From: Halogeometricum borinquense DSM 11551
GTDB taxonomy: Archaea > Halobacteriota > Halobacteria > Halobacteriales > Haloferacaceae
Length of the DNA: 32,000 nucleotides
Direction of reading: 5' to 3'
Assembly (NCBI RefSeq): GCF_000172995.2
Contig: NC_014729.1
Coordinates: 2,220,001-2,252,000 of the forward strand
Shown here piece by piece: positions 17,915-26,692 of this stretch. The first letter of the stretch is position 1. Each line of letters opens with the position of its first letter. A program made the position numbers and the translations under genes. The notes beneath the pieces were generated by a model. That model was not told the DNA's origin, ran no database searches, and saw nothing but the letters and a program-made list of their open reading frames with translations.

Positions 17915-18838
17915 TTAGAGAAGCCCAGTCTTCTGGAGCTTCATCAGGTCCTCGGTGTCGAGGGTCTCGCCTTCCTTGAACTTCTGGTAGATCTCCTCGG
18001 CTTCTTCCTTGGCGGCTTCGCGCTTCTCGGCGCGCTCGGCGTCGCGTTCCTCTTCTTCCTGCTTGTCGAGCTCGCGGAGTCGCTTTTGCACGCGAACGAA
18101 GTCCTCGTGGTGGCGGTCGGCAGCTTCCTGCGCTTCCACGAACAGCTCGTGCATCGCGTCGGCTTTGTCACGGATGTCGTCGGCCTCACGGTAGGCCTCG
18201 ATCATCTGGTTGTGGTGCTCTTGGGCCTTGTCAGCGAGTTCCGTCACCTTCTGATGGTGCTGGGATGCCTCCGAGCGGACCTCTTCTGCTTCCTCGATGA
18301 GTTCTTCGAGTTCGCCGCTGTCCTCGACCTTATCCTTCTTCTGACGGAGTTCTTCGCGCTTGTTCTCGATCTTCTCGATGAGTTCGCGCTCGTCCTCGGT
18401 CGAGAGAACTTCCGTCTGCTGACGGAATTCGAGCTGTTCGATTTCCTCTTTGAGTTCCTCGATGTCCTTGCCGTCATCGAGTTCGAGGTCCTCTTTCATC
18501 TGTTCGACTTTGTCGAACAGCTCGTTGGCCTCGGCGTTCAGCTCGTTTCGTTTGTTCTTGTGCTCTTGGACCTGCTCGTTGAGGCTGTCGCGCTGCTCGC
18601 GGTGTTCCTGAGCCTCGTCAACCTTCTCGCGAGTTTTCGCGTTTAGGTCGTCGCGCTTGGATGCGCGCTCGGAGGCCATCTGGTTTAGGTCATTTCGTCG
18701 GTCGCGGAGCTGTCCCGCGAGTTTAATTAACTGACCTTTAGAACCGCTGTCGAGTTGGTCATCTGTGAGCTCCACGTTATCCGCGTCGCTGAGCTTCTGT
18801 ACGTCGTATTCCTTGAGAACGTCTTGCTGTGTCACCAT
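17915..18838 (-). CDS. archaeal coiled-coil protein of unknown function (COG1340-like)
   Basis: 307 aa, dominated by E/K/D/R/Q/L with heptad-like periodicity and no Cys/Trp. It resembles the conserved archaeal coiled-coil protein family. A clear oligo-T terminator follows the stop. Confidence 0.75.
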   Translation of the reverse strand: MVTQQDVLKEYDVQKLSDADNVELTDDQLDSGSKGQLIKLAGQLRDRRNDLNQMASERASKRDDLNAKTREKVDEAQEHREQRDSLNEQVQEHKNKRNELNAEANELFDKVEQMKEDLELDDGKDIEELKEEIEQLEFRQQTEVLSTEDERELIEKIENKREELRQKKDKVEDSGELEELIEEAEEVRSEASQHHQKVTELADKAQEHHNQMIEAYREADDIRDKADAMHELFVEAQEAADRHHEDFVRVQKRLRELDKQEEEERDAERAEKREAAKEEAEEIYQKFKEGETLDTEDLMKLQKTGLL

Positions 18839-19168
18839 GCGTAATCAAACCTCGATACCATTACCACTCCGTGCGTGGCGGCTGCTCGTGGTAGTGCTGC
18901 CGACCGTGGATAAGAACTCCCGATCATTCTGCGTGCTATGCCGCCGGAACGCCGGAGGCGTTCTGGTAATATCACATTGTGCGTACCAGAGTATAAAGGC
19001 TTCGGTGGTATTGGCCCCTGAAAACAGCTACCACGGAGCGTGAAACGGCTGATACACGGATTGTACGGGTTCGAGGTGATATATAAAGAACCATGGTAAC
19101 AATTGGTATGGTTCGGATTCGTGGAGGCTCCAAGCAAGTGTCTATTCTCCCGTCGCCGTCCGTGCAAT

Positions 19169-19223
19169 CGAGGCGAGTTACCGCCGCAGTAGATCGGAAC
19201 CGAGGGCGATTTACCGCCGCAGT
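19169..19223 (+). repeat. imperfect direct repeat (about 22 nt, 32-nt period) just upstream of the DUF371 start codon
   Basis: cgaggcgagttaccgccgcagt (19169-19190) and cgagggcgatttaccgccgcagt (19201-19223) share a 13-nt identical core ttaccgccgcagt. Confidence 0.8.
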
Positions 19224-19237
19224 GGCCACCACGGAGT

Positions 19238-19669
19238 ATGTACGAAGAGGTTGTCCGCGCACGCGGGCACGAGAACGTCTCCGCCGAACACGCGAGCACG
19301 TTCGAGGTCACGTCCGACGACTGGCTCACCCCGGCGGGCGACTGCATCCTCGCTGTCGAGGCTGACCGCACTCCCGAAGACTTCGACGACGACTTTGTTG
19401 CCGCCTGTCAAGACGAGTCGGCAACCATCACGGCTATCGTCGAAGTAGAGGACGATGACGGTGAGACGTACCAACAGACTGTCGAAGGGAGTGGCCATCC
19501 GGATTTGACGTTCGAGGGGGACCGAAGCCACGTCGGACGCACCAGCGATTACGTGGACGACCGAACGATCCTGGTCGGTGCAGACGCCGCGGCGGGTGAC
19601 TTCGACCGCGACCTCGTGGCTGCTCTTGCCAACGGCGGCGACGTGACGTTCACACTCCGCGTGGAGTGA
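19238..19669 (+). CDS. DUF371 domain-containing protein
   Basis: VRARGHENVSAEHASTFEVTSDDWLTPAGDCILAVEAD matches the conserved ARGH.N..A.H.TT.E.T...LT..GDCI start of archaeal DUF371 proteins. Acidic, 143 aa. Confidence 0.75.
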   Translation: MYEEVVRARGHENVSAEHASTFEVTSDDWLTPAGDCILAVEADRTPEDFDDDFVAACQDESATITAIVEVEDDDGETYQQTVEGSGHPDLTFEGDRSHVGRTSDYVDDRTILVGADAAAGDFDRDLVAALANGGDVTFTLRVE

Positions 19670-19742
19670 GCTAGCGACCCGACGAGCGTCGTTCGACGCC
19701 GAACCCCGACCGCTTTTCGAGACGGCGTCCGTCTCTTCGCCC

Positions 19743-20576
19743 ATGCCCGAAGAGCCCGCAGAGAACATCAGCGGCGGCGACGCCGGTGGCGGAACCGCCG
19801 CGGAGTTCGTTCCCGCGGAGGCGGACACCCGCGCGGAGGCCGTCGTAGACGAGTTGGGGCAGATGTACTGGCAGAAAGCCTACGGCGGACAAGACGCCTT
19901 CGAGTGTTTGGTTCGCACGATTCTCAGCCAGAACACGAGCGACGTGGCGAGCCAACCCGCACACGACTCGCTTATGGACCGGTACGCCGGCGGAGACGGT
20001 GACAGTGCGGACGGTGACAGTGCGGACGGCGACTTGGCCGCCGCGCTCGCGGACGCCGAACAGTCTGAACTAGCCGAAACGATTGCCTCCGCGGGATTGT
20101 ACAACCAGAAATCGGAGATGATCATCGGCGCGGCCGAGCGCATCTGCGAGTCGTTCGGGGGCGCGGACGGCTTCGACGAGTTCGTTAAAGACGAAGATCC
20201 TGACACGGTCAGAAAGCGACTCCTCGACATCCACGGCGTCGGCCCGAAGACGGCCGACTGCGTGCTTCTCTTTTCGGGCGGCCGCGGCGGCGTCTTTCCG
20301 GTAGACACACACGTTCACCGTATCGGACGCCGGATGGGACTTGCGTCCGCGGATGCCGACCACGAGGACGTCCGCGAGCATCTCGAAGCCGACGTGCCCG
20401 CGGAGAAGTGCGGCTTCGGACACACCGCGATGATTCAGTTCGGTCGCGAGTACTGCAAGGCGCGGAAGCCGGCGTGTCTGGACGGTCCTGAGGCGTGTCC
20501 ACTCTACGACCTCTGTGACCGCGTGGGCGTGGATGAAGTCGAGGAGACGGTTGTAGACCCTGCCGAGGCGGACTGA
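19743..20576 (+). CDS. nth: endonuclease III-like HhH-GPD DNA glycosylase with Fe-S cluster loop
   Basis: LVRTILSQNTSD, helix-hairpin-helix IHGVGPKTADCVLLF, catalytic VDTHVHRI, and a C-terminal Cys cluster CKARKPACLDGPEACPLYDLC. It contains an acidic tandem-repeat insertion (see the repeat feature). Confidence 0.85.
   Translation: MPEEPAENISGGDAGGGTAAEFVPAEADTRAEAVVDELGQMYWQKAYGGQDAFECLVRTILSQNTSDVASQPAHDSLMDRYAGGDGDSADGDSADGDLAAALADAEQSELAETIASAGLYNQKSEMIIGAAERICESFGGADGFDEFVKDEDPDTVRKRLLDIHGVGPKTADCVLLFSGGRGGVFPVDTHVHRIGRRMGLASADADHEDVREHLEADVPAEKCGFGHTAMIQFGREYCKARKPACLDGPEACPLYDLCDRVGVDEVEETVVDPAEAD
19995..20033 (+). repeat. in-frame 15-bp tandem repeat (gacggtgacagtgcg x2 plus a partial third copy) inside nth
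   Basis: Read directly: gacggtgacagtgcg gacggtgacagtgcg gacggcgac. It encodes DGDSA-DGDSA-DGD. Confidence 0.9.
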
Positions 20577-20595
20577 GACTGCCACTTCACAACTG

Positions 20596-22749
20596 CTAAG
20601 ACGAATCCCGTGGTACCCGAGCCTCGACAACCGTCCCCGTTGGGTCGTTGTTCCGAACGTCAATTGTCCCGCCACTGTTGGCAATCGTCCATCGGACGAG
20701 CCATAGTCCGAGTCCCGACCCATGCTCAAGAGCAGTTTCTTCTCCTTCAAGGACGACATTTTGCTCCATGTCGGTCAGCCCCGGTCCATCGTCACTCACC
20801 TGCACTGAAACTGTTGACTCGTGCTTCTCGACGGTTATCTCGACAGTGGGGGCAGAGCGATCTGAATGGCGGATCGCATTCTCGACGAGTTCAGTGAGTG
20901 CTAGTTCAAACGCCTCGTGAACCTCCGCCCACACCTCCGCTTCCTGATGTACCCGAATCGTCGCATGGGGAAATTGGCGTTGTGCTTCATCGACAACGTG
21001 GGTGACACAGTCGGCAACGTTAGTCGTACGAATGCTCGATTGATTGGGGTGAGTGCTGGCTTTGAACCGGCGGGCACTCTCACTGAGTGATTCGAGGGAT
21101 TCACCGGCCTCAAGTATCGTCTCGGCGCGGTTCTGGATATCTTGGTCCGGGTACTCTGTGAGAAAATTGCTATGTGCCAAGATGATGTTGAGCTTATTTC
21201 GAATGTTGTGCCGAAGCACGCGGTCCATTACTGATAACCGGCGTTTGTGTTCTTTGATGTCGGTGACATCTCGGGCCACGCCGACCGTTCTTGGTGCATC
21301 GCCTCTCTGGTCGTCCCCGCTCAGAGCGATGTTCACTTCGTAGTCTCGGGTTCCATCCGGAGTCGAAAGAGTGAGGTCAAGTGGAGGTGAGTCGGATTCT
21401 TCGTCGGAGAGCGCCATAATACGCTGTAGACTCTCCTCAGCATCCGCTGACTCTAATTGGTCTCCGATGCTGGTACCGATAAGTTCCTCTTTCGAACACC
21501 CTACCGCCGCCGCGAGTGCCTCATTCACTAGTGTGAAATCACCAGTCTCGTCGAGTACGTAAATGGGATCCGGCGCTGTCTCAACGATTCGCTCGTACTG
21601 CTTGAGTTCCTGTTCGCGTTCTTTCTGTTCAGTGATATCGATAACAACACCGAGGAGTCGGGTCGGGTTTCCTGACGAGTCTGACAGTACCTTTCCGCGA
21701 GCGGTGATCCAGCGTTCGACACCGTCGTCCCGAATGATCCGGTAATCGACATGGTATGGTTCGCCTTCGTTGACGGTGCGGTTAATGGCCGCTTCAACGG
21801 CTGGTAAATCGTCATCGTGGACGCGCCGAGCGAACGCCTCGTACGTCCCCTCGAACCCACCTTCTGGCACCCTGAAGACCCGTTCACAGGATGAGTGCCA
21901 ATTGACACGTTCACTCCCGATCTCCCAGTCCCAGATTCCTGCCTGCGACGCTTCCAGTGCGAGTGACCGACTCTCGTCAGCACGCTTGAGGTTCTGTTCA
22001 ACCTCAACTCGCTCCGTAATATCGCGGGTGTTAATAACGAGATTACTACTCATTGCATCACCCCTCGGGGAGACACGTGACTCAACCCACCGAACCGAGC
22101 CATCGCCATGGCGGAGTCTGTACTCAACTCGCTCGGGTGAATTCTTGTCCGTCATTCCACTGCCCAGAAGTACTGGGAGAGCATCGTCACGGTCCGGCGG
22201 ATAGATCAGGTCCGAGATGTTAGCTCCAAGTATCTCGTCCGTCTCGTACCCAAACACTCGACGAACAGCTGGGCTCACATACTCGATAACGCCAGTATCG
22301 TCTACAACTGCGATGACGTCTGACGACTGTTCAACAATCGTTTGAAACTCCGTCTCTCGGCGTTTTCGCTCTGTGATATCCGTCGCAATCCCCACCACGC
22401 GAGGTGATCCCATCTCCGGTTCCCGGCGGATACTCCCCCGCGTCTCGATCACTTGAACCTCATCATCGACCAGTATGCGGAACTCAATATTGAATGATGC
22501 TCCCGTTTCCAGGCTCGATTCGAGTGTTTCGACAACTTGCTCGCGGTCTTCAGGATGGATTATCTCAGATAATTCGTCAAACGAAGAGATATCACGACCG
22601 AAGAATCCATCTGCCGATGGGTGAGTAACCGCGGTATCTGTCTCAGGGTCCCACTCCCAAAGTACCGCCCCTAAATTTTCTAAGGCGAGTTCCAACCGAT
22701 AGGAATCGAGCGATTGGTCCACCATTATTATTAGTTTGATCCCCGACAA
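20596..22749 (-). CDS. cytoplasmic multi-PAS/PAC sensor histidine kinase
   Basis: About four PAS/PAC units (repeated ...W.WD..., DITERK / DITERV / DITEQK / DVTDIK PAC ends), an H-box region RVLRHNIRNKLNII, N-box ELVENAIRH, G1 DDGPG and G2 GSGLGLW. No TM segments. The start could alternatively be MVDQSL at 22725. Confidence 0.9.
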   Translation of the reverse strand: MSGIKLIIMVDQSLDSYRLELALENLGAVLWEWDPETDTAVTHPSADGFFGRDISSFDELSEIIHPEDREQVVETLESSLETGASFNIEFRILVDDEVQVIETRGSIRREPEMGSPRVVGIATDITERKRRETEFQTIVEQSSDVIAVVDDTGVIEYVSPAVRRVFGYETDEILGANISDLIYPPDRDDALPVLLGSGMTDKNSPERVEYRLRHGDGSVRWVESRVSPRGDAMSSNLVINTRDITERVEVEQNLKRADESRSLALEASQAGIWDWEIGSERVNWHSSCERVFRVPEGGFEGTYEAFARRVHDDDLPAVEAAINRTVNEGEPYHVDYRIIRDDGVERWITARGKVLSDSSGNPTRLLGVVIDITEQKEREQELKQYERIVETAPDPIYVLDETGDFTLVNEALAAAVGCSKEELIGTSIGDQLESADAEESLQRIMALSDEESDSPPLDLTLSTPDGTRDYEVNIALSGDDQRGDAPRTVGVARDVTDIKEHKRRLSVMDRVLRHNIRNKLNIILAHSNFLTEYPDQDIQNRAETILEAGESLESLSESARRFKASTHPNQSSIRTTNVADCVTHVVDEAQRQFPHATIRVHQEAEVWAEVHEAFELALTELVENAIRHSDRSAPTVEITVEKHESTVSVQVSDDGPGLTDMEQNVVLEGEETALEHGSGLGLWLVRWTIANSGGTIDVRNNDPTGTVVEARVPRDSS

Positions 22750-23028
22750 TATTAGTATATTGATTGTTTCAGTTCAAGAGGGGCTTCTCTGATTCGTCGG
22801 TGAGAGGGCGGCTAGGTGATAGAATCACGGAACCACGTGCTATCCCCCGTCATAGATCAGATTCTCTTCAAAATTCGCTTCGAACATTCGCTGAGTCGGT
22901 CTGCAGATACTGTTCCAAGTAAACCCAACTCACGTGAACTGTCTAGTATTTTCAACGGTCCAGTGACCGATCAGATATCCTGCCCACCAGTCGAGACGTT
23001 CTCGTTTGGTGGTGAACGGTACATCATC

Positions 23029-23484
23029 TCAGCAACTCCGCGAGTCCACGCCTTTTACCGGCGACTCGTCTGACTCGTATCCGGGGTCATCGACCATCCC
23101 GGAGAACATCGGGAGTTGGAACGAGTAGTCGTACAGGATTCCAAAGCGTGAGAACGGATTCGAGAGGAACGAATCAGCTGATCCCACGCCGTCGAAGACG
23201 ACGCCCGTCTGGAGTCCGATAATGGTCGAGTTCAACGCCGACCCGCGCGCTTCAATACCGAGCGCGCCCGCACCGCCGAGATTCGTAAAGAGCGAGGTGT
23301 GAATCGTCACCGCGATCCCCGGTCCATTGGTGCCGATACCTAACTCGTGTCCGTCGGGCGGGAAGCACCGTCTATCGCCGTTGCTCGCCGATTGTGCGTC
23401 AGATTGGGCGGCAACCGGGCCGACTCCACTGACAATGAGGATAGCCACGACGGCGACCGCAACCGCGCGCGAAAATCGTCGCAT
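23029..23484 (-). CDS. small secreted hypothetical protein (151 aa, N-terminal signal peptide)
   Basis: MRRFSRAVAVAVVAILIVSGVGPVAAQS looks like a signal peptide (RR at positions 2-3). The mature part is Gly/Ser/Thr-rich with two Cys (one C-terminal). I recognise no family. Confidence 0.55.
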   Translation of the reverse strand: MRRFSRAVAVAVVAILIVSGVGPVAAQSDAQSASNGDRRCFPPDGHELGIGTNGPGIAVTIHTSLFTNLGGAGALGIEARGSALNSTIIGLQTGVVFDGVGSADSFLSNPFSRFGILYDYSFQLPMFSGMVDDPGYESDESPVKGVDSRSC

Positions 23485-23542
23485 ACGAAGATACTCTCCG
23501 TTGCCAGACTTGAACGTTCGTACTAATTATCACTGACGAGAT

Positions 23543-23938
23543 TTAGCCGTTGCGAGACGGCTCATCCCCGAGTTGCTCCAGTAGTTCGTCGAGAACGGCG
23601 TCCGCACTGGCGAGGTTCGTGGCGAGCGGAACGTCGTGAACGTCGCAGATTCGGAGCAACGCGGTGATGTCTGGTTCGTGCGGTTGGGCCGTAAGCGGAT
23701 CGCGGAGGAAGATAACGCCGTGGCAGGTCTCGCTGGCGATTTCAGCCCCGATCTGCATGTCGCCGCCCAGCGGACCCGACTCTTTGCGTTCGATATCGAG
23801 TCCCGTCGCGTCGATCAGACGCTGGCCAGTCGTCCCCGTCGCCATCAGGTCGAGATGTTCTAAGTCGTCCTGGCGGTTCTGTGCAAATTCGATGAGATCC
23901 GGTTTCTTTTCGTCGTGTGCAATGAGCGCGAGACGCAT
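23543..23938 (-). CDS. mgsA: methylglyoxal synthase
   Basis: [29 protein letters not shown] and [32 protein letters not shown] are canonical MGS motifs. I chose the start at 23938 over the 19-aa track extension. Confidence 0.9.
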   Translation of the reverse strand: MRLALIAHDEKKPDLIEFAQNRQDDLEHLDLMATGTTGQRLIDATGLDIERKESGPLGGDMQIGAEIASETCHGVIFLRDPLTAQPHEPDITALLRICDVHDVPLATNLASADAVLDELLEQLGDEPSRNG

Positions 23939-24013
23939 ACCACTCTGTGTGAACTGAAGTGATAAGAAGGTATATCGTTCGGCGGCGGCGAACAAGCGAC
24001 GGCGCGGCGAACG

Positions 24014-25936
24014 TTATCTGAAGCGGAACGTTTCCAGGTTCTTCGGCGCGAACGTCCGCATGTTGTAGTTGTGGTACAACGCAGAGGAGAGATCCTGTAC
24101 AGAGCGCTCGTCTCCGTGAACGCACAGCACTTTCTCCGGACGGGGGTTCATCGTCTTCACGAAGTTCTCCAGACCGGCGCGGTCGGCGTGACCGGAGAAC
24201 CCATCAACCGTCTCCACGTCCATCTTCAGTTGGAGTGTGTTCGACCGGCCGACGTTATCGCGGTCGTTAACCGGGATTTCGTCCCACCCGTTCTGGATGC
24301 GACGCCCGAGCGTTCCCTGTGCCTGGTACCCGACGAAGACGAGACGCGATTTCGGATCGGGGCCGACATGGCGGAGCCACGACATGATGGGGCCGCCAGT
24401 GACCATACCGGAGGTGGAGAGGATAATAGCCGGGCCGTCGTCGGCAACATCCTGTCGCTCGTCCTCGCCGCCGTCGATGTGGTTGAACTCGTCGGCGAGG
24501 AACGGGTTCTCGTCCTCGTGGAAGATGCGGTCGCGTAGGTCGTCACGCAGGTACTCGGGATACGTCGTGTGGATGGCCGTCGCCTCCCAAATCATCCCGT
24601 CGAGGTGGACGGGCATGCTCGGGATTTTCCCGGAGCGCATCGCCTCTTCGAGGACGAGCATGATCTCCTGGGACCGACCGACTGCGAACGCCGGGATGAG
24701 AACTTTCCCGCCTCGGTCGTACGTTTCGTTGATGACATCGATGAGCTTTTCCTCTGAATCCGCTTGGTCGGTCTGGTAGTCGTTCCGACCGCCGTACGTC
24801 GATTCGAGGACGAGCGTCTCCACGCGCGGGAAGTCGTTGACCGCGCCGTTGAACAGGCGCGTATCCTCGTAGTGAATGTCACCCGAGAACGCGACGTTGT
24901 ACAGACCGTCGCCGATGTGGAAGTGCGACACCGCAGAACCGAGAATGTGGCCCGCGTTGTGGAACGTGAGTTTCACGTCGGGTGCGATGTCGGTGACATC
25001 GCCGTATTCGAGCGGGATACAGTGTTTGATGGCTTCTCGAACCATCTCGGATTCGTAGGGCGGTGTCCGCCCCTCCTTGGCCGCCACGTCGAGATAGTCG
25101 AGCGTGAGCAGACCCATCAGGTCGCGCGTCGGTTCCGTCGTATAGATGGGGCCGTCGTAGCCGTACTTGAACAGAAGCGGGATGAGCGCCGAGTGGTCCA
25201 AGTGAGCGTGAGTGAGAATGACGGCGTCAAGCGAGTTTGCACCCGACCCGAGCGCTTCGGGCACTTGGAGGTACGGAACGTCGTCCGACCCCGGCTTGTC
25301 GCCGCAGTCGATGAGAATGCGCGTCTCCGGCGTCGAAAGGATGAACGAAGCGCGACCGACCTCACGGCAGCAGCCGAGTGTGGAGATGCGAACCCACTCG
25401 TCGTCGGACAACTGCTCTCGGTGGATTTGGCGACCGACACGTTCGAGAATCTGCCGTCGTTCGTCGCGTTCTTGTTTCAAGAAGTTCCGAACGTTCGAGA
25501 CCGTGGAAGACTCGATGGGCGGCGTGCGGACAACTTCCGGCGTCCAGCCGACCTCTTTAGTAATCTCTCGGAGCGTCGAACCGTGTCTTCCAATGACCAT
25601 CCCGGGTTTGGACGCCTCGATGACGACTTCACCTGTGTCTTCGTGGAAGTCGAGATCCGTGACGCCTGCCTCCTCGGGGATGACGGAGAGAACCCGTTCT
25701 TCAGCCTCGCGTGGGGGCGAGAGCACGTCGGGGTCGGGGCGGACCGTGATTCGTTTTCGGAGTTTGCTGGCGAGTTTCCGGATAAGATCGCCGTTCTGTG
25801 CGAACTTCTTCGGATCGCGTGTGTATACGACGAGCTCCGGACCCTCGTACTTAACGTCGGAAACCGATATATCCGAAGGAAGTTCGTTCGTGATCTCTGC
25901 TTTCAATTCCTCGAGCTGCTTGTCTACTGAACTCAT
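24014..25936 (-). CDS. aCPSF1: beta-CASP ribonuclease aCPSF1 (KH domains + metallo-beta-lactamase; archaeal transcription termination factor FttA family)
   Basis: 640 aa. N-terminal KH-type region (VIGRHGSTLREITKEVGW), MBL motif LTHAHLDHSA, beta-CASP region, and a C-terminal VHGDE motif. Confidence 0.92.
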   Translation of the reverse strand: MSSVDKQLEELKAEITNELPSDISVSDVKYEGPELVVYTRDPKKFAQNGDLIRKLASKLRKRITVRPDPDVLSPPREAEERVLSVIPEEAGVTDLDFHEDTGEVVIEASKPGMVIGRHGSTLREITKEVGWTPEVVRTPPIESSTVSNVRNFLKQERDERRQILERVGRQIHREQLSDDEWVRISTLGCCREVGRASFILSTPETRILIDCGDKPGSDDVPYLQVPEALGSGANSLDAVILTHAHLDHSALIPLLFKYGYDGPIYTTEPTRDLMGLLTLDYLDVAAKEGRTPPYESEMVREAIKHCIPLEYGDVTDIAPDVKLTFHNAGHILGSAVSHFHIGDGLYNVAFSGDIHYEDTRLFNGAVNDFPRVETLVLESTYGGRNDYQTDQADSEEKLIDVINETYDRGGKVLIPAFAVGRSQEIMLVLEEAMRSGKIPSMPVHLDGMIWEATAIHTTYPEYLRDDLRDRIFHEDENPFLADEFNHIDGGEDERQDVADDGPAIILSTSGMVTGGPIMSWLRHVGPDPKSRLVFVGYQAQGTLGRRIQNGWDEIPVNDRDNVGRSNTLQLKMDVETVDGFSGHADRAGLENFVKTMNPRPEKVLCVHGDERSVQDLSSALYHNYNMRTFAPKNLETFRFR

Positions 25937-26206
25937 AAGTGAGTACCACTCGTCCGTAGCGTGACGGACGGTAGCGGGGTCGGGTTATTCCTGCCTCGGG
26001 AAACGCCGACCGGTGAGACGACTACGGCCGCACGGTCGTTCTGGATGTAATTGTGAGAGAGCATAGGTAAGTATGCGATCGTATCGCTATCTCCGGCTAT
26101 CCTGACTGCGGGAAGAGGCAGGGAAAACCCGCTTACTCGGACGTATTCTTGCCTCGATATAAAAGCCTTCGCAAAATCGAAGCATTTCGGCGCTGTTCTT
26201 GGTGGT

Positions 26207-26692
26207 ATGGAACTGACACCAGACCGCGTCGTCGAGGAATCACAGTGGGTACGTGATCGTTCCGCTGTCGTCGTTCCGCTGCTGAACGAGACACGGAACC
26301 AACTGGGTGAACTGTTCGATACCGAAGTCGGAACGGTGACTGAAGCGGAGTACCGTGAGGAAGTCGCTGCCGTGTTCGCTGATGGCGATGTGGCCGTCAA
26401 CGTCGCCGGGTACGTCGCTCTGCTCCGGGAGTTGGATGTCCGGGACGACTATCCGGGGTTTGTCGTAGACGAGGTTCTCGGACGCGAACTCGCAGCGACA
26501 ATCGCGGGCGGACAACCGCTCTCGTTGCTCGCGCAGGCGACGTTCCACTTCGCGGATACGATGACACACACCGACGGGACCGCTGGTGCGGATGATCTGG
26601 ACGCCGCCCTCGCCGCGGGGTTTCAGACGCGGCTTCCGGGGTGGGAGTGGCGCGAACGGCCCAACCCGTTCGCTGTCGCTCGGAATCAGTAG
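26207..26692 (+). CDS. hypothetical protein (161 aa, acidic)
   Basis: ATG ORF with haloarchaeal acidic composition and GC3-rich codons. A TATAAAA box at about 26158-26164 lies upstream. No recognisable motifs. Confidence 0.55.
   Translation: MELTPDRVVEESQWVRDRSAVVVPLLNETRNQLGELFDTEVGTVTEAEYREEVAAVFADGDVAVNVAGYVALLRELDVRDDYPGFVVDEVLGRELAATIAGGQPLSLLAQATFHFADTMTHTDGTAGADDLDAALAAGFQTRLPGWEWRERPNPFAVARNQ

Noticed and set aside
18839-19237. Possible replication origin, RNase P RNA or SRP (7S) RNA in the long gap
   Set aside because: There is no adjacent orc1/cdc6, no ORB-like repeats flanking an AT-rich unwinding element, no GGAAAGUCC-type RNase P motif and no SRP helix-8 GGAA/AGCA-type motif. 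It is kept only as an unassigned ncRNA/5' UTR candidate.
22930-23028. Stop-codon readthrough or recoding of the secreted protein gene (frame stays open 32 codons after TGA)
   Set aside because: The extension is Trp/Arg-rich, AT-richer and unlike the upstream protein, and I saw no recoding signal. It is more likely chance or a decayed remnant, and is mentioned under the locus finding only.
22816-23073. 85-aa plus-strand ORF in the AT-rich gap
   Set aside because: Non-acidic, low-complexity, overlaps the 3' end of the secreted protein gene, and has no promoter-like box at the expected distance.
24764-25930. 388-aa ORF antisense to aCPSF1 (likewise 11320-12390 antisense to korB, 1762-2577 antisense to acs, 13123-13869 antisense to the GGR gene, 30837-31733 antisense to gltB)
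   Set aside because: All are Arg/Val-rich, lack any motif, and fully overlap well-supported genes on the other strand.
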